Source: an uncultured Gammaproteobacteria bacterium (GTDB lineage Bacteria; Patescibacteriota; Microgenomatia; Levybacterales; UBA12049). Taken from it: a stretch of 64,000 nt of DNA. The position numbers were made by a program, and so were the translations under genes. The notes below the pieces were generated by a model. The model was not told where the DNA came from. It saw only the letters and a list, made by a program, of their open reading frames with translations, and searched no databases. Shown piece after piece: positions 29,665 to 42,288 of this stretch (its first letter is position 1; every line of letters starts with the position of its first letter). The stretch is from positions 2,772-66,771 of the forward strand of contig CAYZZF010000003.1 in assembly GCA_964483115.1 (NCBI GenBank). Reading direction: 5' to 3'.

Positions 29665-29710
29665 ATTCTAAAATTAGCAGAATATTAAGATTGTGTCAAC
29701 AGGTGACGAG

Positions 29711-29752
29711 GCTGTTTCACCTTCCAGGTGTAATAAATCAGGTGTAATAAAT
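29711..29752. repeat. REP-like element flanking RAYT (right)
   Basis: CTGTTTCACCTTCCAGGTGTAA; 14-bp tandem duplication CAGGTGTAATAAAT. Confidence 0.7.
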
Positions 29753-29939
29753 GGAATAAAGAGATTCTTGCCGAATTATCTCTAGATCAGATTTTACAAT
29801 TTCAAGAAGATTTATAAGGTCGGGCCTCGTTGACTTCTGTTCTGGACGATGAAAATAAAAAATTAAAAGATTATTTTAATAAAGTAAAACCTTCGGGGGG
29901 GGTCGTAAAACTGAAACAGAGATTTTACAACAAGTATAT

Positions 29940-30557
29940 TTATGGAGTAAAAGGCCCTTCCGACATAGTTCCGCTAACAGGATTAGTTCCTGCACCCACA
30001 GCGCTCATGCATGCTACCTGCACTAAACCTTTTGATGAATCAAAGTAAACTATACCTTGGCTTTTCGAACAAGGTGTCCCTGTACCGGTTGCTTTTAATA
30101 ATTCGTTGTTTGATTCAACTGTGGTCCAAATTGCAAATTTAGTAGGAGTAGCACTATCAACTGCATAGCAGATATTTACTTGAACATCACTTGTTAAGGT
30201 TCCACCAGCACAAGGTGTCCCCCCTGTTATGTCTGGCAAGGATACGACATTAGTTATATCCTTTGAAGCCGTTAAAACATTTTGCCAAGTACCTGGAGTA
30301 GCGGTACCGTCAACTACAGGAATAACCGAATTGTTTGAAGTTACATAATTAGACATACTCTTTCCCAGACCTTCCACAGCAGAAATTCTATTTGCGTCTC
30401 TTCCTCGAGCTAATTGTTCCACAGGGTTAATAGCTAGAAGGACAATTGCTGCAAGAACCCCTATGACCGCGATAACCACTAGAAGTTCTATCAACGTAAA
30501 ACCTTTTTTTGAAGTTAAAAGTAAAAGATTAAATAATTTCTTAAAAGAACTTTTCAT
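29940..30557 (-). CDS. Type IV pilin, probable major pilin
   Basis: KGFTLIELLVVIAVIGVLA..INP..Q..RGRD; stands alone with its own intergenic flanks. Confidence 0.9.
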   Translation of the reverse strand: MKSSFKKLFNLLLLTSKKGFTLIELLVVIAVIGVLAAIVLLAINPVEQLARGRDANRISAVEGLGKSMSNYVTSNNSVIPVVDGTATPGTWQNVLTASKDITNVVSLPDITGGTPCAGGTLTSDVQVNICYAVDSATPTKFAIWTTVESNNELLKATGTGTPCSKSQGIVYFDSSKGLVQVACMSAVGAGTNPVSGTMSEGPFTP

Positions 30558-30646
30558 TTTTTTGTATATATTTAGTATAGGCAGATAATTTTAGACTTGT
30601 CAAGGAGGTAAAATAAGGCTAATCTTCGTAAAAGTCAGCAGTAAAT

Positions 30647-31852
30647 TTAGCGAATCGACGATATCAAACTATAAATTGGGACAATAACTGATATGAGCAA
30701 AAATGCAACCCCAACACCTAAAACCACTATTATAATAGGTTCAAGAGCAGTTGTTAATGTTTTAATTATTTGATCCGTCTCTCTTTCAAAATATTCAGAG
30801 GCTTTCATTAATGTTTCATCAAGTTTTCCTGTTTCTTCTCCGATTTTTATTAATTGAATAAGAAGAGGGGGGAAAATAGGATATGCGGATATTGCTTCTC
30901 CTATTTTTACTCCGTTCTCTACCTTCTTTGCTATATCCTTCACTGCATCTTTATAATGTATATTTCCTAAAGTATCAGCAGTTTCAAGAAGAGAATCCAC
31001 AACTAAACTGCCACTTCCCACCAAAAGACCAAAAGTTCTTGAAAATTCAGTAAGTATCAATTTTTTGTTAAGGTTACCAAAGACTGGTAATTTTAATAAA
31101 AAATTATCTATCAAAAGCTGTCCAGCTTCTGTCTTATGCCATCTCCTGTAAAAAAAGATAGACAATATAACAATTCCTAAAAGTAAAGGCCAAAAAACTA
31201 TAGTAAATCTTGAAATACCAATAATAATCTGGGTGGGCAATGGGATCGAAACGTTAAGACTTTTATAAAGAGTTGAAAGCTGAGGAATAACAACAGTCAT
31301 CATAATAACCACAACCCCAACCATTAAAATTACAACTATGATTGGGTAAGTTAAAGCCCCTTTAACTGTATTTCTTAATTTCTCCTGCTTTTCTAAATTA
31401 TCTGCAAGTCTTGCAAGAGCTTTATCCAAAAGCCCTGCTGATTCCGCGGATTTGATGATAGCCACATAAATATTAGAAAAAACATTTGGATATTTAGCAA
31501 TTGCCGAAGATAAATTTTTTCCTTCCTCTATATCAGTAATTATGCTATTTACTACCTCAAGCATTGTCTGATTTTCTAGTTGTTCCTTAATTATTTCTAA
31601 AGAACGAATCAATGTAAGCCCTGAAGCAAGCATCGATGAAAGTTGCCGTGTAAAAACGACCACATCCAAATGTCCAATTTTATTATAAAATGGCAGCAGT
31701 TTTAAAAAAGAACTATCGCTTTGTCTTGCTATACGAATAGGGAATAGGTTTTTGCTTCGTAAATATGAAGCTGCTTCGCTAACATCGTTTGCATCAATTA
31801 ATCCCTGGATTATTCTATTATCTGTTGTTACTGCCCTATATTTAAGTTTCAT
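30647..31852 (-). CDS. pilC: Type IV pilus platform protein (T2SS F family)
   Basis: FTRQLSSML.SG, ALTYP, GEETGKLD, LEP. Confidence 0.95.
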   Translation of the reverse strand: MKLKYRAVTTDNRIIQGLIDANDVSEAASYLRSKNLFPIRIARQSDSSFLKLLPFYNKIGHLDVVVFTRQLSSMLASGLTLIRSLEIIKEQLENQTMLEVVNSIITDIEEGKNLSSAIAKYPNVFSNIYVAIIKSAESAGLLDKALARLADNLEKQEKLRNTVKGALTYPIIVVILMVGVVVIMMTVVIPQLSTLYKSLNVSIPLPTQIIIGISRFTIVFWPLLLGIVILSIFFYRRWHKTEAGQLLIDNFLLKLPVFGNLNKKLILTEFSRTFGLLVGSGSLVVDSLLETADTLGNIHYKDAVKDIAKKVENGVKIGEAISAYPIFPPLLIQLIKIGEETGKLDETLMKASEYFERETDQIIKTLTTALEPIIIVVLGVGVAFLLISVIVPIYSLISSIR

Positions 31853-31855
31853 AAC

Positions 31856-32920
31856 TTATCCTATTAATCTAAATAATTCTTCTTGCCTTACGGCGTAGCT
31901 TTTTGCTGTTTCTAGGCTGATTGAGCCTGAAAGGACTAGAGCAGCCAAAGAGGACTCAAGCGGAATCATTCCCATCTCTTGAGAGTTCTGTATTATTGAA
32001 TCTATAAGATGTGTCTTTCCTTCTCTTATATTACTTGCAACTGCAGGTGTACCAATAAGAACTTCAGCAGCCGGTATCCTCCCACCGTTAATTTGCGGCA
32101 ATAGGCGCTGGGAGACAATCCCTTTTAGGGTTGCGGCAAGCTGAACTTTTATTTGATTTTGTTGAGTTGCGGAAAATGCATCGATGATTCTGTCTATGCT
32201 TTGTGCGGCTGAATTTGTATGAAGAGTTGAGAAAACTAGATGACCGGTCTCTGCAATTGTAATAGCCGATGCAATCGTCTCAGGATCTCTCATCTCTCCA
32301 ACCAAAACTACATCGGGATCTTCTCTAAGAGCCGACCGGAGGGCTGCCGCCCAAGAATTACTATCAAGGCCCATTTCTCGTTGCGATATAATACTTTTTT
32401 CTTTAGGATAAACATATTCAATGGGATCCTCAATTGCTAAAATATGCAAAGACTTATTTAAATTTATCTCATTTATAATCGCCGCAAGGGTGGTCGATTT
32501 ACCATGACCAGTAGGTCCTGTAACCAAAATAAAGCCTTGTTTTAAAGCTGAAAAATTATGGAGAATTTTTGGTAAATGGAGCTCTTCTATTGTCCTTATC
32601 TTTGGCTCAAGAAATCTAAATTCAGCACTTACGTATCCCTTTTGGTAATAAACATTTACTCTAAATCTACCTAGTTCTTCGCCTTCTCTTCCAAAACCAA
32701 AAGAAAAATCAAGTTCCTTATCGGCAAGAAACCGATCTCTCTGGTATTGATTGAGAAGTGAAAAAACCATTGTTGAAACTACATCAGCTGTCAATACAGA
32801 ATAATTCGAGAGATAAGTTAAGACCCCGTCTATACGAAGCGCTGGTGGAATACCAGGGATTAAATGCAGATCCGACGCCTTATTCTCAACTGTTAAACGT
32901 AATAAGTCCTGAATATCCAT
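31856..32920 (-). CDS. pilT: Type IV pilus retraction ATPase
   Basis: ASDLH, GPTGHGKST, EDPIE, ALREDPD, AETGHLVFSTLH. Confidence 0.96.
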   Translation of the reverse strand: MDIQDLLRLTVENKASDLHLIPGIPPALRIDGVLTYLSNYSVLTADVVSTMVFSLLNQYQRDRFLADKELDFSFGFGREGEELGRFRVNVYYQKGYVSAEFRFLEPKIRTIEELHLPKILHNFSALKQGFILVTGPTGHGKSTTLAAIINEINLNKSLHILAIEDPIEYVYPKEKSIISQREMGLDSNSWAAALRSALREDPDVVLVGEMRDPETIASAITIAETGHLVFSTLHTNSAAQSIDRIIDAFSATQQNQIKVQLAATLKGIVSQRLLPQINGGRIPAAEVLIGTPAVASNIREGKTHLIDSIIQNSQEMGMIPLESSLAALVLSGSISLETAKSYAVRQEELFRLIG

Positions 32921-32997
32921 AGACTCCCTTCGGTCATAATAAACAAATACTTCAAATATTAAAATATTTGTTTATGGTAGTATTGGTATTATTTTCA

Positions 32998-34731
32998 TTA
33001 TTCTTGTGCTACCCTTATAACTTCTTCTGGTGTTGTAATACCTTGAAGAACCTTAAGATATCCATCTTGTTTCATGGTTATCATTCCTTCTAAAATTGCC
33101 TCCTTTTCAAGTGCGCTACTATTGGGGTGTTCTAATATTAAGTTAGCAATCTTGATAGACACTGGCAGAACCTCGAAAATTCCAATTCTTCCAAAATAAC
33201 CTGAATTCCCACACTTGTCGCACCCTCTTCCTCTGTAAAGTTTTATTTCAGTATCAGTATTAATAGGGAATAATCTTCCAAGTACAGTTTTCATTTCCGA
33301 AATTATTTGGTTCGGTGGCACATACGACTCCCTACAATAATGACAGACTCTTCGAACAATTCGCTGCCCTACTATTGCATTCATTGTCGAGGAAAGCAAG
33401 AATGGCTCTGCTTTTAGATCAATTAGACGAGGTAACGCACCCGCAGCATCTGAAGTGTGAAGAGTTGAAAAAACTAGATGACCGGTTAACGACGCTTGAA
33501 TAGCAAGTTCGGTTGTCTCGCCATCTCTTATCTCGCCAACCAGTATGATGTTTGGGTCTTGGCGAAGAAAAGACCTAAGCCCCATTGCAAAAGTAAGACC
33601 CACAGCTGGATTAATCTGGACTTGATTAATCCCTGCCATCTGATACTCAATTGGATCCTCAAGCGTCATTATATTAACCCTTGTTGTATTTAATTTTTCC
33701 AAAACCGAGTATAGAGTAGTGGTTTTACCACTTCCGGTTGGTCCGCAAACAATTATAATTCCATGGGGCCTAAGGATTGCGGTCTCCAGATTCTTTAGAG
33801 ATGCTCCGTTTAAACCAAGTTCCTGAAGAGTCGGGATAGCTCCTGATTTTTTAAGAAGCCTAATCACAATTTTTTCTCCAAAAGTGGTAGGCATAACAGA
33901 AATACGAAGATCAACCTCATTTTTCTCGACCTTAAAATTAAAACGGCCATCTTGAGGAATACGATGCTCATCAATCTTCATGTTTGAAAGAATTTTTATT
34001 CGTGAGATAACTGCTTCCTGCACAGTTTTGGGTAAACTCAACTTATCGTACAGAATGCCATCGATTCTATACCTTACTCTAATTCTATCTTCCTGCGGTT
34101 CTATATGAACGTCAGAGGCTCGGCTTGAAACAGCATATTCCAAAATTGTTGAAACAATCTTGGCAATAGGCGCTTCTTTTATAATCTCTGCTATTTGTCT
34201 GCTATCAATAGTTCGCGGCTTATTGTACTCTTCTGATTCCTTTAATGCCTCGCCAACTTCTCCAACAATTTCTCGATGATATTGCTGCTCTATAGCACTT
34301 CTAACATCGTTTTCTGGGGCTGCAAAAGATTTTATATTAAGTCCTGTTTTTTGCCTAACGAACTGCAGCGCTTCTAAATCAGTGGGGTGGGCCATTGCCA
34401 CCGAAAGAGTCCTTGTCTTTTCCTCATAAAAAAATGGGATTAGAAGAAATCTTTCGGCAACCGCACGAGGAATAAGATTAAGAGCAACAGGGGAAAAAGA
34501 AGTCATGGAAAGCAAAATAAATGGCACTCCAAGTAATCTTGCTTTTGCTTCTGTAATTTTTTCTGGAGCAACGATATTAAAAGAGGCAACAATATCCTCA
34601 TAAGACTTGCCCTGACTTGCGCTTTTTACTTTTATGTCCTCATATTGAGCAGGGGTCAATAAATGCTCAGAAAGCAAAATATCAAGTATGTTTTTGTTCT
34701 CTGGTGTTGTAGTAAAATCACGGGCAGGCAT
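32998..34731 (-). CDS. pilB: Type IV pilus extension ATPase (GspE/PilB)
   Basis: ASDVHIEP, PQDGR, GPTGSGKT, LRQDP, CxxC...CxxC. Confidence 0.96.
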   Translation of the reverse strand: MPARDFTTTPENKNILDILLSEHLLTPAQYEDIKVKSASQGKSYEDIVASFNIVAPEKITEAKARLLGVPFILLSMTSFSPVALNLIPRAVAERFLLIPFFYEEKTRTLSVAMAHPTDLEALQFVRQKTGLNIKSFAAPENDVRSAIEQQYHREIVGEVGEALKESEEYNKPRTIDSRQIAEIIKEAPIAKIVSTILEYAVSSRASDVHIEPQEDRIRVRYRIDGILYDKLSLPKTVQEAVISRIKILSNMKIDEHRIPQDGRFNFKVEKNEVDLRISVMPTTFGEKIVIRLLKKSGAIPTLQELGLNGASLKNLETAILRPHGIIIVCGPTGSGKTTTLYSVLEKLNTTRVNIMTLEDPIEYQMAGINQVQINPAVGLTFAMGLRSFLRQDPNIILVGEIRDGETTELAIQASLTGHLVFSTLHTSDAAGALPRLIDLKAEPFLLSSTMNAIVGQRIVRRVCHYCRESYVPPNQIISEMKTVLGRLFPINTDTEIKLYRGRGCDKCGNSGYFGRIGIFEVLPVSIKIANLILEHPNSSALEKEAILEGMITMKQDGYLKVLQGITTPEEVIRVAQE

Positions 34732-34785
34732 TACTTCTATAGTAAGGAAAAATCAGTTATAATGTCAAGGAGCGGAGACGACACA

Positions 34786-34858
34786 GACCCGTCAAAAATC
34801 CAAGTATGAGCCGTATTAAAATAGAATTAAAAAGACAAATGCTAAGGTTTGACGGGTC
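34786..34858. repeat. Perfect 11-bp inverted repeat pair
   Basis: GACCCGTCAAA (34786-96) and TTTGACGGGTC (34848-58). Confidence 0.6.
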
Positions 34859-34871
34859 AACACCTTAATTT

Positions 34872-35555
34872 ATGCAGTCAATTCTAATCACATCAAAAAA
34901 CAAAAAAAACTCACATAAACACGCGGCATGGATAGCAAGTAATAACAAAATCGATAATTTAGATATTGATATTGTGAGTTTTGAAAAAATAATAGGCATT
35001 GAGGATATAAGAGCTCTACAAAAGAGACTTTTTCTAAAACCAATAAAAGGTAATGTAAAAGCAGCTATTATAGAAGCGTATGAAGGACTAACGATTGAAG
35101 CTCAAAATGCGCTCTTAAAGGTACTGGAAGAGCCGCCTGAAAATACTATTATAATAGTAACAATTCCAAACAAAAACCTTCTCTTGCCAACAATCCTCTC
35201 AAGATGCAAAATAATTGAACTTAAAGAGGAGTTTAAAGAGCCCACAGAAAAAGAAATATCTCAATATCTTAATATTTTAATATCTTTACCAAAAAGTAGT
35301 ATGGGGGAGAAACTTAAACTTGCTCAAGATTTTGGAAAAAGCAGAGAGGACGCAATAATTTGGCTTGAGCAAATGTCAGTTGTTGTTCGTAAAAGTTTAA
35401 TTAATTCTATAAAAAATAATTCCTCAATAAGGCAGGAATTTTCAGCTTCAGGGTATTTAAATATTTTAAAACTCCTAGAAGAAACTTATACTGCTATTAA
35501 AACTACTAATGTAAACCAACGCTTTGCCCTAGAAAATCTTTTTCTATCACTTTAA
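34872..35555 (+). CDS. holB: DNA polymerase III delta-prime-like subunit
   Basis: IGIEDIR, EAQNALLKVLEEPP, LLPTILSRC. Confidence 0.85.
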   Translation: MQSILITSKNKKNSHKHAAWIASNNKIDNLDIDIVSFEKIIGIEDIRALQKRLFLKPIKGNVKAAIIEAYEGLTIEAQNALLKVLEEPPENTIIIVTIPNKNLLLPTILSRCKIIELKEEFKEPTEKEISQYLNILISLPKSSMGEKLKLAQDFGKSREDAIIWLEQMSVVVRKSLINSIKNNSSIRQEFSASGYLNILKLLEETYTAIKTTNVNQRFALENLFLSL

Positions 35556-35557
35556 TT

Positions 35558-36829
35558 ATGATAATTAAAATTAAAAAACTGTTTTATTTCCCATTGGCTT
35601 ATTATTTTAGATTCTTTGCAAAAATTAGACTAAACCGATGGAAACCAAGAGTTATTATAATTACCGGCTCGAGTGGAAAAACAACCCTTTTAAATCTTGT
35701 GGAATCTCAAATAGAGAGTAGAGCAAAATACAGCCACCATACCAATAGCAGCTATGGAATTCCATTTAATATTTTGGGACTTGAAAGGAGAACTCTATCT
35801 TTAAGCGAATGGCCCTTTCTGTTTCTGTTTGCTCCTATAAAAATATTTACTCCGGTGCCGAAGAAAAAATTTTACATTGTTGAGGCTGATTGCGATAGGC
35901 CGAATGAAGGCAGGTTTCTAACAGCTCTGCTTAAACCCGAAGTCACCCTTTGGACCAATTCGACAAGAAGTCATAGCATGAATTTTGACCCGCAGGTAAA
36001 AAATGGAAAATTTAAGAGTGTCGAAAAAGCTATAGGATATGAATATGGTTATTTTATAGAAAATACATCTAAATTAGTGGTAACAAACGGCGACTCTGTA
36101 ATTATCAAAGGAGAACTTTCAAGAACTAAAGCAAAAGTAGTGTCTATCACAATAAAAAATCTTCAAAATTATAAGATATCACATGAAGGCACCGAATTCA
36201 AAAGCCAAGGAAAGATTTTTAGATTTAGACAACTTTTGCCAAAAGAAAATTTCTACACCTTAGAAATGTGTTTAAATCTTTTATCTTATCTGAGAATCCC
36301 GTCAGATGAATCATTCAGTAAATTTATTCTTCCCCCAGGAAGAAGTAGTTTGCTAAGTGGCATTAAAAATACCAAAATTATCGATAGCAGTTATAATGCC
36401 AATCTCGACTCTATGGCTGCAATTTTGGACATGTTTGATAAAATTCCAGCTGAAAAAAAATGGGCGATACTCGGAGACATGCTTGAGCAAGGACAAGAAG
36501 AAAAAGAAGAACATGAAAAACTGGCAAAGATAATATCCAGAATGCTATTTGACAGAATTATACTTATAGGTCCGCGGGTTTCCCGATACACTTATCCGGA
36601 ATTAAAAAAAATACTCAATAGAAAAGTCAAGATAGAAAAATTCGAAAAACCAAAAGAAGTACTTAATTATCTAAGATCAAATATCAAAGGCGGAGAGTTC
36701 TTACTCTTCAAAGGCGCACGATTTCTTGAGGGAGTAATAGAAAATTTACTTGTCGATAAAAAAGATGTCTTAAAACTGGCGAGGCGCGAAGAAGCCTGGG
36801 AGAAAAGAAGAAAGTCTTGGGGATTATGA
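35558..36829 (+). CDS. Mur ligase, MurF-like
   Basis: ITGSSGKTT, PPGR, IIDSSYNA, ILGDMLE.G, LFKG. Confidence 0.85.
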   Translation: MIIKIKKLFYFPLAYYFRFFAKIRLNRWKPRVIIITGSSGKTTLLNLVESQIESRAKYSHHTNSSYGIPFNILGLERRTLSLSEWPFLFLFAPIKIFTPVPKKKFYIVEADCDRPNEGRFLTALLKPEVTLWTNSTRSHSMNFDPQVKNGKFKSVEKAIGYEYGYFIENTSKLVVTNGDSVIIKGELSRTKAKVVSITIKNLQNYKISHEGTEFKSQGKIFRFRQLLPKENFYTLEMCLNLLSYLRIPSDESFSKFILPPGRSSLLSGIKNTKIIDSSYNANLDSMAAILDMFDKIPAEKKWAILGDMLEQGQEEKEEHEKLAKIISRMLFDRIILIGPRVSRYTYPELKKILNRKVKIEKFEKPKEVLNYLRSNIKGGEFLLFKGARFLEGVIENLLVDKKDVLKLARREEAWEKRRKSWGL

Positions 36830-37569
36830 ACAAAACGGCAAATGGCAAACGGCAAATGACAAATGACAAACTGAAAGTTTTTATTCTACACGGTTGGGCT
36901 TACTCAAAAGAAAAATGGAACCCTTTCCTATCTCTTTTAAAGTCGGGGGGCTTAAACCCCTATTTGCTTTCAATTCCAGGACTTACAGAAAAAAACGATA
37001 AAGTTTGGAATATAGATAATTATGTCAAGTGGCTTTATAAAATTTTAGAAAAAGAGAAAGGGAAGATTGTTCTTTTAGGACACTCAAATGGAGGGAGAAT
37101 AGCTCTTGCCTTTACGATAAAATATCCCCAAAAACTATCAAAACTAATTCTAATTGATAGCGCCGGAGTTTATCACAATGATTTACCTATAAAAATAAAA
37201 CGCGGCATATTTAAAATAACGGCTAAAGTTGGCAAGAAAATCTTTCCTCTTGAGCAGGCAAGAAATTTATTGTATGCAATAGCACGAGAAAATGACTACA
37301 AAAATGCTGACCCAATCATGAAAAGGACTATGATTAATCTTATTAACTCTGATAAGAGTCTTACTATTGATAAAATAAAAGTCTCTACTATTATAATATG
37401 GGGAGAAATAGATAAAATAATTCCTGTGTCTGATGCAAAAATATTAAACCAAAAAATAGTCAATAGTAAATTATATATAATTAATAACTCCAGACATTCA
37501 CCTCAATTTACTCATTCAGAAGAGGTGGCAGACATAATAATTCAGCAATTAAATCGTGCAGTAATTTAG
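36826..37569 (+). CDS. Alpha/beta hydrolase
   Basis: LHGW, GHSNGG, IWGE.D, catalytic His; start uncertain. Confidence 0.9.
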   Translation: MNKTANGKRQMTNDKLKVFILHGWAYSKEKWNPFLSLLKSGGLNPYLLSIPGLTEKNDKVWNIDNYVKWLYKILEKEKGKIVLLGHSNGGRIALAFTIKYPQKLSKLILIDSAGVYHNDLPIKIKRGIFKITAKVGKKIFPLEQARNLLYAIARENDYKNADPIMKRTMINLINSDKSLTIDKIKVSTIIIWGEIDKIIPVSDAKILNQKIVNSKLYIINNSRHSPQFTHSEEVADIIIQQLNRAVI

Positions 37570-37580
37570 TAAATTTGTAT

Positions 37581-38774
37581 ATGAGCATTTTTAATTCCTT
37601 GGGATCAAACTACGATTTAAGTTTTGCATTTAAAGCATTATTTGCATCTGGCAAAAATAACCTTAAAAAATTTCTAGAAAATAAATATAACGGGCAAGTG
37701 ATTATGTTGTTTAAGGCAAGACAGGCAATTACTCTTTCTTTAAAAATCTTAAATCTTCCCAAAGCTTCAAGTGTCGCCATAAATGGATTTACCTGTTATG
37801 TGGTTTATCGGGGAATTGAGGAGGCAGGTCTTAAGCCTTTGTTGATCGATATTCCAAAAGATAACTTTAATTTTACGGCAAAAAAACTAAAAAAAGCATT
37901 AGAAGGAAATCCTAATATCAAAGCAGTAATAATTCAAAATACATTGGGTTATCCATGCGAAATTGAAGAAATTTCTGCTATTCTAAAAGCCAAAAATATT
38001 CCCCTTATTGAAGATCTTGCACATAGCACCGGAACAATTTATAAAAATGGCAAAGAAGCCGGAACAGTCGGGGACATGACAATTTTGTCTTTCAGTCAGG
38101 ATAAAATTGTTGATGCAGTCTCGGGCGGAGCTTTAATCATAAGAAACAAAAAATACCAAAAGGTTAAAATTGACTATTTTCAAAACTCGCCATTTAGAAA
38201 GATAGTGACTGACAGATTTTATCCGATATTTACTCTTATAATAAGGGGGGCTTATGAAATCGGACTTGGCAAATTTATTCATTTTGTATTGAAAAACATA
38301 GGGCTTTTGTCTACCCCGATGGTTGATAATTTATACAAAATGACAATGCTTCCAGAGCGGTATAGAAATCTCGCCGCATATGCTTTTAAAAATCTTAAAG
38401 AAGATTTGAAGCACAGAAAAAAAATCGCCAAAGTTTATGTAAAAAATTTAGATAAAAATTTATTGATAGGTCCAATAGTAAAGGACATTGATTTATCAAC
38501 AAACCTTCGCTTTCCTGTTCTTGTTGAAAACAGAAAAAAACTTATAAATTACTTAAAAAAATACGATATTTATATTTCCGATGTCTGGTATGATGCTCCA
38601 ATTGCGCCGCGAAGGTTTTTCAACAAAATGAATTTAAATTCTATTTGTCCTAATTCAGAGAAATTATCATCTCTTATTTTAAATCTTCCTACTCATAAAA
38701 ATATATCAGAAAAAGACGCAAATATTATTTCAAAAAGGATAAATACATGGCTAAAAACTAGAATTATGAATTAA
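37581..38774 (+). CDS. DegT/DnrJ/EryC1/StrS-family PLP-dependent aminotransferase
   Basis: FTC.VV, IEDLAHS.G, SFSQDK..D.VSGG, LNLPTH. Confidence 0.88.
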   Translation: MSIFNSLGSNYDLSFAFKALFASGKNNLKKFLENKYNGQVIMLFKARQAITLSLKILNLPKASSVAINGFTCYVVYRGIEEAGLKPLLIDIPKDNFNFTAKKLKKALEGNPNIKAVIIQNTLGYPCEIEEISAILKAKNIPLIEDLAHSTGTIYKNGKEAGTVGDMTILSFSQDKIVDAVSGGALIIRNKKYQKVKIDYFQNSPFRKIVTDRFYPIFTLIIRGAYEIGLGKFIHFVLKNIGLLSTPMVDNLYKMTMLPERYRNLAAYAFKNLKEDLKHRKKIAKVYVKNLDKNLLIGPIVKDIDLSTNLRFPVLVENRKKLINYLKKYDIYISDVWYDAPIAPRRFFNKMNLNSICPNSEKLSSLILNLPTHKNISEKDANIISKRINTWLKTRIMN

Positions 38775-38839
38775 GAATTAGAAATCAAGAACTAAGCGGA
38801 ACTACAATTATGATTAATACCTCAATAATTCTTTAAATT

Positions 38840-39865
38840 ATGTCAAACATTATAACAAAACCAGTTGAAAACGGACTAGAATGGGAAACTTTTTTACGTA
38901 AGAGAACGGAGGCGAATTTTCTCCAATCTTGGTATTGGGGAGAGTTTCATAAAAACTTAGGCAAAACTATCAGAAGAACCGGCTTTTACAGTAAGGGCAA
39001 ATTAATTGGAGTAATGCTTTCAGTTGTTGAAAATGCAAAAAGAGGGAAGTATTTAACAGTCCCGGCAGGACCGATTTTTGACTTTAGAAATACATCTCTT
39101 ATTAAAGCTTTTATTGTTGAACTTAGAGAAATTGCTATGTTAAACAACTGCGCTTTTGTAAGAGTCCGCCCACAACTTATTTCAGATAATTTTTCCAAGA
39201 AAATTTTTAAAGAAAACGGTTTTATAAATGCGCCGATGCATCTTCATGCTGAATTGACAAATCAGCTTGATATTACAAAATCAGAAAGTGAGCTTCTTGA
39301 AAATATGAGAAAAACAACAAGATATGAAATAAAAAGAGGAGAAAGGGAAGAAATAAAAATATCTGAGACTTCTGATCCTTCGGAAATTAAAGATTTTTAT
39401 AAATTACAAATTCAGACTTCAAAAAGACAAAAATTTGTACCTTTTCCTTATGAATATTTATATGAACAATTTAAAGTATTTGCACAGAACAACATGGCTC
39501 TCTTGTACAATGCATCTTATAGGAAAAAACTGTTGGCGCAGGCTTTTGTTATTTTCTACACAACTGAAGCGGTTTATCACTATGGCGCGTCAGCAGAGGA
39601 GGGAAGAAAATATCCCGGAGCATATATTATTCAATGGAAGGCAATTTTGGAGGCAAAAAAACGAGGGATGTTACGATACAATTTCTGGGGCGTATCACCA
39701 GAAAATGATACAAACCACAGGTTCTATGGACTCTCTCTTTTTAAACGTGGGTTTGGCGGAGAAGATATTGAATATCTCCATGCCCAAGACTTAATAATAA
39801 ATTATCCAAGATATGCCATAAATTTCATAGTTGAGACAATCCGAAAAATCAGGAGAAATGTTTAG
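38840..39865 (+). CDS. FemABX-family peptidoglycan bridge aminoacyltransferase
   Basis: FLQSWYWG, RKTTRYEI, YHYGAS, YNFWG, FKRGFGG. Confidence 0.92.
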   Translation: MSNIITKPVENGLEWETFLRKRTEANFLQSWYWGEFHKNLGKTIRRTGFYSKGKLIGVMLSVVENAKRGKYLTVPAGPIFDFRNTSLIKAFIVELREIAMLNNCAFVRVRPQLISDNFSKKIFKENGFINAPMHLHAELTNQLDITKSESELLENMRKTTRYEIKRGEREEIKISETSDPSEIKDFYKLQIQTSKRQKFVPFPYEYLYEQFKVFAQNNMALLYNASYRKKLLAQAFVIFYTTEAVYHYGASAEEGRKYPGAYIIQWKAILEAKKRGMLRYNFWGVSPENDTNHRFYGLSLFKRGFGGEDIEYLHAQDLIINYPRYAINFIVETIRKIRRNV

Positions 39866-40261
39866 CCTTCTATCCTTAGATCTACCACATCGTCATATCT
39901 TTACCGATCCCGTATCGGAAAAACCAAAAAGAACCAAATGGAATCTAAAAATTAGTTTTTAGGTGTCTTTTTGTCCGACAACCGATATATGCTCAAATGG
40001 CATACCGTCACTAAAGTCTGAGTCAACTATCTGCGTAGTAAACAATAAAGTGTCTGTTCTCTCCAACAAATTTCTCATTAAATAGATCAAAAAAGGAAAT
40101 CTCTAATCGGCGAATTTATTTCAACCGGTTTCATCTCAAATCTTGTAATACCCTTTTGCGCATACATATTAGGAAGGGCTATACAGCAAGAATCTTCCAA
40201 GTTCAATCACCTTTGTTAATATGTCCCTTTGAGGGTAGAAATCTATCTGTCTATTTGATAA

Positions 40262-42286
<2,025 letters not shown>

Positions 42287-42288
42287 TT

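Noticed and set aside
39870-40200. Short minus-strand ORF fragments between the FemABX gene and gyrB
   Set aside because: Under 50 codons with no recognisable motif; cannot support a call
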